From a virus, in IMG/VR virus record IMGVR_UViG_3300027804_000050, positions 32,001 through 96,000 of that record: a DNA stretch of 64,000 nt. One strand, given 5' to 3'. The translations under genes and the position numbers were made by a program. Position 1 is the first letter of the stretch. Each line of letters starts with the position of its first letter. This document shows positions 57,443-64,000 of the stretch, in pieces. The notes under the pieces are model-generated. The model did not search any database. It saw only the letters and a list, made by a program, of their open reading frames with translations, and had not been told where the DNA came from.

Positions 57443-58449
57443 ATATGAATAATAATTACAGCTTAACAAACGAGTATTCTGAAAGATATGAAAAACTCAT
57501 GGCTTCTTTATCAGAAGCCAAGGCTGATGCTGGGTTATCTCCAGAAGAAAAAGCAAAGAAAAGAGATGAAAGAAAGTTTGGAAAATCTTGGGAAGCAGAG
57601 GGCGGAAAACCCAGTTCTACAGAGATGAGAAGAGCTACCCATGCTTCTAAGCGTAGAGAGGCAACAGGTAAAGAAACTCCTGAAGACCAAGCAAAGCGTG
57701 CAAAGGCAGTTGCAGAAAGACAAGCTGCTGGACAAAGCAAATCAGGAACTCAAGTTCAAAAGTTAACGGGACATCAAAGAGGTGGTAAAAAGAGATCTAT
57801 AAAAGCTAAACTAGCTAAAGGTCCTTCTAAGCCACTCCCAATTCCTGACCATCATCAAAATTACTTTGATCTTTTAAATTCTTTGTTAGAGGGCAAAGCA
57901 GAAAGGATGATACGAAGCGGTAACCCTGATAAAAGAATGAAAGGCTTAGTAAAATCGGGCAAAGAAATGACAAAAAGAGCTTTAAGAGGTGGAATGAATC
58001 CCGAAATAGCACGGACATCGTACTCAAGTAAGGTTTCACCTGAAGAGAGAGTAGAAGCCAGTCGTGAAATAGGAAGAGCCTCCGCTGAAAAAATGTTTAG
58101 TGGGAGGCTGGCCGCAGCCGGGATAAAGCCACCTGCCAAGAAAAGAGAAGATAGTTCAAACAGAACTTATAATGATCTTTTAAGTTCTTTGTTAGGTGAG
58201 GCTGGTAAGGCAGGTGCTCACTGGCAGGCTGGTGATACACCTGATAAGGATACTATAATTGTTAAAAAGATAGGGGACAGAGGTCCGGGCGATATAAAAA
58301 AGACAATTCCTATTCCAGCATCAAATAAGAAAAAGTTTGAAGCAGCCAAAAAAGCCTTCCCAACATTGTCTAGAGGTAGCTCTTCATCTACCGAAGCAGG
58401 AGGTGCATTTGCTGGTTCAGCGCGAAGACCTAGACCAACTAGTTCCTAA
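57439..58449 (+). CDS. Basic putative internal head polyprotein
   Basis: Repeated Y.DLL.SLL(G)E linkers separating basic segments. Confidence 0.55.
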   Translation: MNMNNNYSLTNEYSERYEKLMASLSEAKADAGLSPEEKAKKRDERKFGKSWEAEGGKPSSTEMRRATHASKRREATGKETPEDQAKRAKAVAERQAAGQSKSGTQVQKLTGHQRGGKKRSIKAKLAKGPSKPLPIPDHHQNYFDLLNSLLEGKAERMIRSGNPDKRMKGLVKSGKEMTKRALRGGMNPEIARTSYSSKVSPEERVEASREIGRASAEKMFSGRLAAAGIKPPAKKREDSSNRTYNDLLSSLLGEAGKAGAHWQAGDTPDKDTIIVKKIGDRGPGDIKKTIPIPASNKKKFEAAKKAFPTLSRGSSSSTEAGGAFAGSARRPRPTSS

Positions 58450-58499
58450 GACTGGTAAGAAAAAGTAATAGCTAATCTGCTAAGTGTAGAAACAGTAAC

Positions 58500-58529
58500 G
58501 AGGCCACCTTTTAGGTGGCCTCAGCTTTT
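58500..58529 (+). terminator. Hairpin/terminator
   Basis: GAGGCCACCT...AGGTGGCCTC then CTTTT. Confidence 0.7.
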
Positions 58530-58586
58530 AAAATGATTAAATTGTTTAAAAAGACCAAGAGTGTTCTATTATAGTCTGTAGAACAC

Positions 58587-58662
58587 GCGACTGTAGCTCA
58601 GGGGTTAGAGCAGAGTTCTTATAAAGCTAAGGTCGGTGGTTCAATTCCACCCAGTCGCACCA
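58587..58662 (+). tRNA. tRNA-Ile (anticodon TAT)
   Basis: Cloverleaf GCGACTG/CAGTCGC, loop CTTATAA, TTCAATT, CCA. Confidence 0.85.
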
Positions 58663-58666
58663 ATCA

Positions 58667-58718
58667 CAGCAGGAGTAGCCAACTCGTAAGACTGGCTGAC
58701 AGAACTCAACTCCTGCTG
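58667..58718 (+). ncRNA. Unassigned structured mini-RNA / tRNA-like remnant
   Basis: 10-bp outer stem, AGCCA/TGGCT inner stem, GTAA tetraloop. Confidence 0.45.
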
Positions 58719-58732
58719 CTCTTTTAAAACAT

Positions 58733-58809
58733 GGCCTAGTAGTCCAATCGGCAGAGACAACAGACTTAAAATCTGTCAAGTGTGAGTTCGACCCTCACCT
58801 AGGCTACCA
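58733..58809 (+). tRNA. tRNA-Leu (TAA), short variable loop
   Basis: ACAGA-CTTAAAA-TCTGT; TTCGA; CCA. Confidence 0.88.
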
Positions 58810-58814
58810 TACAC

Positions 58815-58891
58815 GACCCCATAGCTTAATTGGAGAAAGCAATTGCCTTCTAAGCAATAGACTCCCTGTTCAAGTCAGGGTGGGGTTACCA
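58815..58891 (+). tRNA. tRNA-Arg (TCT)
   Basis: ATTGC-CTTCTAA-GCAAT; CCA. Confidence 0.9.
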
Positions 58892-58896
58892 TACAT

Positions 58897-58972
58897 TCCC
58901 AGATAGCTCAATCGGTAGAGCATCTGACTGTTAATCAGAGGGTTGCAGGATCGTACCCTGCTCTGGGAGCCA
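58897..58972 (+). tRNA. tRNA-Asn (GTT)
   Basis: TCTGA-CTGTTAA-TCAGA; T-loop ATCGTAC; CCA. Confidence 0.9.
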
Positions 58973-58973
58973 T

Positions 58974-59048
58974 GCGAGTATCGTATAAAGGCTATTACCT
59001 CAGCCTTCCAAGCTGAAGATAAGGGTTCGATTCCCTTTACTCGCTCCA
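58974..59048 (+). tRNA. tRNA-Gly (TCC)
   Basis: TCAGC-CTTCCAA-GCTGA; U73; CCA. Confidence 0.92.
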
Positions 59049-59053
59049 TACAC

Positions 59054-59129
59054 GAGTTCGTAGCTCAGTCGGCAGAGCAACTGGCTTTTAACCAGTAGGT
59101 CGAGGGTTCGACCCCCTCCGAACTCACCA
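59054..59129 (+). tRNA. tRNA-Lys (TTT)
   Basis: ACTGG-CTTTTAA-CCAGT; CCA. Confidence 0.92.
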
Positions 59130-59162
59130 CTCAAATCCTAATCACCAAAAAGTCAAAGTCTT

Positions 59163-59507
59163 ATGCAAAAAGTAGAAATAGTAGATAACATGACGATGTT
59201 AAACATCGAGGAACTAGATTTTAAGATAAACCATTACCGTAACTTCGATAAAAAGAAGATAATCAAGAATGGCGGTTATACGGTCATATCTTTTGTACGA
59301 AATGGGTTGCCATTTTCGATCACCGCAAGATGTTCTGCGAGTGATACTTATGACAAAAGAAAGGGATTGTTCCAATGTTTTTCCAAGTATTGTGATAAAT
59401 TCCTTGGCCGTGCAGTCTTTAATGTTTCTAGAGACTTTAGTGGAACCTATGTTGTGTATGTAGGTTCACCGAAGACATCCGAAACCGTAAGCAGAGGAGA
59501 GTTTTGA
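59163..59507 (+). CDS. Hypothetical protein
   Basis: GGYTV...ARCS..D.YDKRKG motif seen in small phage proteins. Confidence 0.55.
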   Translation: MQKVEIVDNMTMLNIEELDFKINHYRNFDKKKIIKNGGYTVISFVRNGLPFSITARCSASDTYDKRKGLFQCFSKYCDKFLGRAVFNVSRDFSGTYVVYVGSPKTSETVSRGEF

Positions 59508-59509
59508 AC

Positions 59510-59665
59510 ATGACTTGGTACGAGGTCACTATGGTAACTTCTGGTTGGGCCAAAAGGGTTGAGCTTATTAAAGCACCGACTCAATCGGAAGCAATTGAAA
59601 TTGCCAAAAAAAGATGGCCTGACTGTGGTTGTAGCGGATGTAGAGTTATTGACATGAAATACTGA
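59510..59665 (+). CDS. 51-aa hypothetical protein not in ORF track
   Basis: GGAG upstream; MTWYEVT...KAPTQSEAIEIAKK. Confidence 0.55.
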   Translation: MTWYEVTMVTSGWAKRVELIKAPTQSEAIEIAKKRWPDCGCSGCRVIDMKY

Positions 59666-59673
59666 TAAAAAAG

Positions 59674-59701
59674 TTGACACGGCAGGATACTAAGGTATAA
59701 T
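59674..59701 (+). promoter_or_regulatory. Consensus sigma70 (early) promoter
   Basis: TTGACA-16nt-TATAAT. Confidence 0.85.
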
Positions 59702-59713
59702 CATAGCACGACC

Positions 59714-60115
59714 ATGCAAACCTTCCTACCCTACAGCGACTTCGAGGATTCCGCACGCTGCCTAGACTATCGTCGTCTAGGTAAACAACGAGTGGAAGCC
59801 ATGCAGCTTCACAACATCCTTACCAATCGTACAACCACCAAGGGTTGGAGAAGTCATCCTGCACTTAAGATGTGGGAAGGCTATGCTCCAGCCCTTGCAC
59901 ATTATATGAATGTGTGTATTGACGAGTGGGTTCGTAGAGGCTACAATAACACTATGGAAAAGCGTGATGACCGTAACCTTGTGCTACCACCTTGGTTAGA
60001 TGATACTCGCATCCATATCTCTCACCGTTCCAACTTGTTGCGTAAGGACGAGAAGTTCTATTCGCAGTATAATTGGAATCTCCCGTCCACCATGGAATAC
60101 TACTGGCCTATCTGA
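59714..60115 (+). CDS. Pyrimidine-dimer DNA glycosylase family protein (DenV-like/MSMEG_6728-like)
   Basis: MQTFLPY, LD.RRLGKQRVE, HPA..MW, PPWL, SHRSNL. Confidence 0.85.
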   Translation: MQTFLPYSDFEDSARCLDYRRLGKQRVEAMQLHNILTNRTTTKGWRSHPALKMWEGYAPALAHYMNVCIDEWVRRGYNNTMEKRDDRNLVLPPWLDDTRIHISHRSNLLRKDEKFYSQYNWNLPSTMEYYWPI

Positions 60116-60116
60116 A

Positions 60117-61130
60117 ATGCAAAACCACAAACTATCCGTATCTTACGACGATGTATTAATTGTTCCCAAGTACTCTAAGATTGGGAGCAGGGCTGAATGT
60201 GATCTTACTCCTGAAATCAGGGTTGGGGATCATGTTGTAGTCAAACCCAAACTTGGCATCCCGATCATGTCTGCCAACATGGATACCATTACTGGTCTTG
60301 AAATGGCTAGAGCTATGGATCAGGTTTTGGGTTTAGGAATCCTGCATAGGAATATTTTTATTCCTGATGTAATCAAATTGAAAGAAGAACTTGGGTATGT
60401 GGTTGCCGCTGTAGGCTCGATCCATACTGATAAGAAGCGTATCGATACATATTTGGATCATAGCATCCCTATGTGCGTTGATATTGCTCATGGTCATTCC
60501 GAAAACATGAGGAAGACTTTAGATTATATTTGTGAAAGGAACAATCAACTTTTGATTGCTGGAAATGTTTGTACTCCCAAGGGAGTTGAAGATCTATTCA
60601 ACTGGGGAGCAGATATCGTCAAAGTTGGAGTTGGTGGAGGGTCTGCCTGCACTACTAGAATTAAGACTGGTTGTGGGTATCCTCAATTTGCAGCTTTGGA
60701 GAGCATTTGGGATGAATTCCAAGGAGAGATTCCCATTATTGCAGATGGGGGGATTAAAACCGCAGGAGATGCGGCGAAAGCTATTGCAATCGGAGCGGAT
60801 TTCGTTATGATTGGCGGTATGCTCGCAGGAACTGACAAGACCCCTTTCTGGAATCCTAATACCAGTTTCACGACCTTCCGTGGAATGGCCTCCATGTCCG
60901 CTAAGGCAGATACTGGATTGCCTCTCGTACATGAGGAGGGTATTTCTACTCAAGTTAAAACCAAGCCTGAGGGTAGCACCCTGTCCGTTGTCCGTGGCCT
61001 TTGCGATGGAATTAGATCTGCAATGAGTTATTGTGGATCTAAGAACATGAAGAGTTTCCGTGGAGAACAGAACTTTGTCTACATCAGCCAAGCAACTCAA
61101 AAAGAAAACCATGCCCACATCCAACTATGA
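60117..61130 (+). CDS. GMP reductase/IMP dehydrogenase family, likely GMP reductase
   Basis: YDDVL, ANMDT, DIAHG, KVGVG.GS.CTTR, ADGG, RGMAS; no CBS domain, no RY flap. Confidence 0.85.
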   Translation: MQNHKLSVSYDDVLIVPKYSKIGSRAECDLTPEIRVGDHVVVKPKLGIPIMSANMDTITGLEMARAMDQVLGLGILHRNIFIPDVIKLKEELGYVVAAVGSIHTDKKRIDTYLDHSIPMCVDIAHGHSENMRKTLDYICERNNQLLIAGNVCTPKGVEDLFNWGADIVKVGVGGGSACTTRIKTGCGYPQFAALESIWDEFQGEIPIIADGGIKTAGDAAKAIAIGADFVMIGGMLAGTDKTPFWNPNTSFTTFRGMASMSAKADTGLPLVHEEGISTQVKTKPEGSTLSVVRGLCDGIRSAMSYCGSKNMKSFRGEQNFVYISQATQKENHAHIQL

Positions 61131-61365
61131 AAGGATGATTGAAAATATGAAACAAGATATGGTCAATCACCCTCAACACTATACCCAAGGTAAGTTTGAG
61201 GTTATCGATATCATTGAAGATCAAAAACTTTGCTATCATCTCGGCAATGTTGTTAAGTATGTGTTGCGAGCGCAGCATAAAGGAAAGCAACTGGAAGATT
61301 TGTCCAAAGCCAAGTGGTATCTGGAACGCAAAATTCAACTCCTCCAAAAGGAACAAGCTAAGTGA
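61111..61365 (+). CDS. DUF3310 (T7 gp1.7-like nucleotide kinase family)
   Basis: DMVNHP.HY, E.IDII, GNV.KY..R..K, EDL.KA.WYL. Confidence 0.85.
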   Translation: MPTSNYERMIENMKQDMVNHPQHYTQGKFEVIDIIEDQKLCYHLGNVVKYVLRAQHKGKQLEDLSKAKWYLERKIQLLQKEQAK

Positions 61366-61958
61366 AGACTACCCTAACTTCTGAACAATGGGATGCCATC
61401 GAACAAAAGTATGGCAACCTGATGTACACGATCTGCAAGCACATTTCTGGGGATCACACCTTGTGTTCCGTTGAAGATTTGCGCTCTGATCTAAACATCA
61501 TTGCAATCGAAGCTGTGGAGACTTTCCGCAAGAAGAATACACAAAGCAGCTTTGAGGAATTTTTCAATAGCAAGGGCTTTGATCGATACATCAAATCCTG
61601 CCTTTGGAATTACAAGGCTAATCGAGGTTCTAAGATCACCAAGAAGAAAGTCTTGTATTCCAACTTGAGCATTGAATCCAACTTTGATGATTCGGAGTCG
61701 TTTGCAGATCTAGATCTGAACTTCCGAGACAAGAGTTCTGCCAGTTACATTGAAATGAATGTTGACCTTGAGGAGTTCATGTGCAATATGTCGGATTACC
61801 AGAAACATTTGGTGTCCGTGATTGTTGAAAACCCTGACCTAATTAAGCCTAACGGAAAGATTAATCGGTTGGAATTGTCGGGAATCGAAAACAAGCATTG
61901 GACGGTTATTGACAAGGAGATCGGTGATCTTTCCAAGCGGATTGGAGTACCTCTATGA
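61362..61958 (+). CDS. Sigma-factor-like protein
   Basis: KY..LM..I, EDL, EAVE.F, F..YI...LWN region-2-like pattern. Confidence 0.5.
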   Translation: MKTTLTSEQWDAIEQKYGNLMYTICKHISGDHTLCSVEDLRSDLNIIAIEAVETFRKKNTQSSFEEFFNSKGFDRYIKSCLWNYKANRGSKITKKKVLYSNLSIESNFDDSESFADLDLNFRDKSSASYIEMNVDLEEFMCNMSDYQKHLVSVIVENPDLIKPNGKINRLELSGIENKHWTVIDKEIGDLSKRIGVPL

Positions 61959-62302
61959 ATATTTACATCTCTGGCCCGATTACTAATTACAAGAATGCAG
62001 ATACTAACTTCAAGGAAGCTGAAGCCTTGATGAGGAAAATGTATCCTAATGCCAAGATCTACAATCCCATCAACATCCCCACCCCAAAATACACTCAAGA
62101 TGATTGGGGAACAGAAGGGGTTTGGTCGTATTATATGCATGAAAGCATCAAGTTGATGATGGAATGTGACACGATCTATCTTTTAAATGGATGGAGTTCT
62201 AGTAAAGGGGCTACCATTGAATTTAATCTAGCTTGGGCACTAGATATGACAATCTTGTACGAAACTGACATTAAAAAGATGAGGAATGATGAACCCCAAT
62301 AA
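61955..62302 (+). CDS. DUF4406 (nucleoside deoxyribosyltransferase-like fold)
   Basis: IYISGPIT, NP, CD.IYLL.GW..SKGA..E. Confidence 0.85.
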   Translation: MNIYISGPITNYKNADTNFKEAEALMRKMYPNAKIYNPINIPTPKYTQDDWGTEGVWSYYMHESIKLMMECDTIYLLNGWSSSKGATIEFNLAWALDMTILYETDIKKMRNDEPQ

Positions 62303-62489
62303 CCAAAAAGTCAAAGTTTCAATGACCTTTGAATGGGAGTTCGACCATAAACAATGGTGTGAACTAAAGTCTTGGTCTGAGACTCGGGAAGAGATTGTGA
62401 ATAGGATGCGTTTTGATGGTATAGACGCATTCTATCATCTAAACCAAATGTGCCGACCAAAATGGAATTTAGAAACAAAACAGGAATGA
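62286..62489 (+). CDS. Hypothetical protein
   Basis: Overlapping operon arrangement. Confidence 0.5.
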   Translation: MMNPNNQKVKVSMTFEWEFDHKQWCELKSWSETREEIVNRMRFDGIDAFYHLNQMCRPKWNLETKQE

Positions 62490-62695
62490 TTCCTGTTTTC
62501 AATCTTCCGAGTCAGATAACTATGATTTGGCAAGATGATAGCTGGAATTACTTTTGGTTGTATGATATCAAAGATAACTGGGTTATTGTATCACCCAGAA
62601 AAGATCCAGATGGAAATGAACCTAAGACTTACGAACCAATGTTAATCCCCATGAGTAACATTGTATCTATAATTTTCACGGAGAAACTAGGATGA
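62486..62695 (+). CDS. Hypothetical protein
   Basis: ATGA overlaps at both ends. Confidence 0.5.
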   Translation: MIPVFNLPSQITMIWQDDSWNYFWLYDIKDNWVIVSPRKDPDGNEPKTYEPMLIPMSNIVSIIFTEKLG

Positions 62696-62964
62696 ATTCA
62701 GAATTTAGTTGGTGGATTGCAATCGCATTGTTTTTCACCTATGTTGTAATTGATTACTTGTATGCCCTGTACTATCTTCTTGTTGCAAAGAGAGATGCAT
62801 TCAGGGCTGGCCTTGTTGCAGCAGGTATGTATGTACTATTAACATATGGAGTGCTTGCATACACTAAGAATCCTTGGTATATTGTAAGTATTGCGTTAGG
62901 TTCTTTTGTAGGAACCTATGTGGCAGTTAAATATTTTCCCGAAAAATTGAGTGACAAGGGTTAA
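62692..62964 (+). CDS. Small three-TM membrane protein
   Basis: Hydrophobic helices; GSFVGTY motif. Confidence 0.65.
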   Translation: MNSEFSWWIAIALFFTYVVIDYLYALYYLLVAKRDAFRAGLVAAGMYVLLTYGVLAYTKNPWYIVSIALGSFVGTYVAVKYFPEKLSDKG

Positions 62965-63250
62965 GACCTTGTCTATAATAGATGGCATGAACGCACAATC
63001 TAATTTTAAGAAGATCTGGCAAGTGGAGATTACCTTCAATGACACGAAGCCTCCCCACTTGTATCTAATGACTAACTTTACCAATAACATTGATGCTGCG
63101 GTTGACCAACTCAAGCGTCAAGTTAAGTGGTTCAAGCCTGAAACCATCAAGTCGGCCAAGGCAGTCCAGTATGTTCTGGAAGCTGTTGACGAGGTTGACT
63201 ATACTGATTCCCTGCACACCCTGACCGTTACACCTATCGAAGGAGAATGA
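62951..63250 (+). CDS. Hypothetical protein
   Basis: Open frame in operon. Confidence 0.5.
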   Translation: MTRVKTLSIIDGMNAQSNFKKIWQVEITFNDTKPPHLYLMTNFTNNIDAAVDQLKRQVKWFKPETIKSAKAVQYVLEAVDEVDYTDSLHTLTVTPIEGE

Positions 63251-63675
63251 ATATGTTTAAGACCATGATCGCTACTGTTGCCCTCGCCTCTATCGCCCAA
63301 ACGCAAGTTGGGAATATCTTCTGCACCTCGTATCCCAATAACACGGGACAAGTTGCACATATGAGCTTCTGCGATGTACAACTGACTTGCATGAATCTCA
63401 CCAATGCTACGCCTAACGGCTATGCACAACTTATCTACGGAAGCACGGCTTTTAACAGCCCCTTCGGTAATGGTCACTTGTGTGTGAATCCTTTGGGAGG
63501 TTTCTATCGTGTTGGTAGTCCTGTGCCTGTTAGTGCATTGGGAACTGCTTCGGTTAGCCTGCCACAAGAGATTTTTGCAACTGGGGCTGTGACCCACTTC
63601 CAATGGATGTATAGGGATATTCAAAGCACGGGATACACATTCAATACTAGCAACGCCCTGCGTTGGCCTCTGTGA
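63247..63675 (+). CDS. Secreted protein consisting of a planctomycete-type C-terminal domain
   Basis: Signal peptide; FC...PN.TG; PFGNG.LCV; FQW.YRD; FN.SNAL. Confidence 0.6.
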   Translation: MNMFKTMIATVALASIAQTQVGNIFCTSYPNNTGQVAHMSFCDVQLTCMNLTNATPNGYAQLIYGSTAFNSPFGNGHLCVNPLGGFYRVGSPVPVSALGTASVSLPQEIFATGAVTHFQWMYRDIQSTGYTFNTSNALRWPL

Positions 63676-63691
63676 AAATCAAGGAGAGCAA

Positions 63692-63919
63692 ATGGCTAAT
63701 CAAGACCCCCCGTTTGATAAGGTAGCGTATCACGCGAGTGCCTTGCACGCCACTTGCAAGTACATTATTGAGAATACGAAAGTTAAGCCTAACTATGAAG
63801 CCACCGTCAACCATTATCACGCTCTGACCTTGGCGACTTTGGAGATGCTGGAGCGTATGCAAGCCTCCATCGACGAGTACAATAACTGGAATATCTACGG
63901 TGAGAACTGGGAAGATTGA
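63692..63919 (+). CDS. Hypothetical protein
   Basis: AGGAG RBS. Confidence 0.55.
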   Translation: MANQDPPFDKVAYHASALHATCKYIIENTKVKPNYEATVNHYHALTLATLEMLERMQASIDEYNNWNIYGENWED

Positions 63920-63920
63920 T

Positions 63921-64000
63921 ATGACACTTAACTACGAGCGTTATAATTCTGTTAAATCTACTCGTAAGTTCTTGTTAGCACTTATGAGTCCATCCGAAAC
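63921..64000 (+). CDS. Hypothetical protein, truncated by window end
   Basis: ATG 1 nt after previous stop; frame open to the end. Confidence 0.4.
   Translation, partial: MTLNYERYNSVKSTRKFLLALMSPSE

Noticed and set aside
58663-58730. Theta/HDV-like or hammerhead ribozyme after tRNA-Ile
   Set aside because: Fold is nested rather than a double pseudoknot, the tRNA already encodes CCA, and there is no complete CUGANGA/GAAA core
1194-63862. Numerous short minus-strand and nested ORFs in the track
   Set aside because: They are shadows of well-supported + strand genes and have no motifs; only 31778-32293 and 32986-33354 are accepted on the minus strand
1-64000. Stop-codon recoding
   Set aside because: Long intact ORFs in code 11; TAA, TGA and TAG all end genes; no suppressor tRNA
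1-64000. Prophage or bacterial chromosome origin
   Set aside because: No integrase, att site or host housekeeping synteny; continuous phage gene content

Overview
The whole window is part of a large, AT-rich lytic myovirus with T4-like virion genes. It uses the standard genetic code and almost all genes are on the + strand. 1-31.8 kb: baseplate and tail proteins, a cysteine-rich 1409-aa protein, PAAR, putative internal head proteins, prohead protease, scaffold, major capsid, neck, tail sheath and tube. 31.8-45 kb: replication and recombination genes (HJ resolvase, gp55-like sigma, a family A DNA polymerase split into three genes with a degenerate UDG domain, ThyX, SbcCD/gp46-47, class II RNR, helicase, UvsY, gp32-like SSB). 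45-52.5 kb: an eight-gene glycan synthesis and modification island. 52.5-64 kb: UvsX, a Clp-type ATPase, six tRNAs plus an unexplained structured mini-RNA, and an early region behind a consensus sigma70 promoter. Indirect clues point to a GC-rich, probably planctomycete host: two secreted host-like domains, tRNAs for A-ending codons and nucleotide-pool converters. Portal, terminase and tape measure genes were not recognised in this window. All assignments come from motif recognition by eye; no searches were run.
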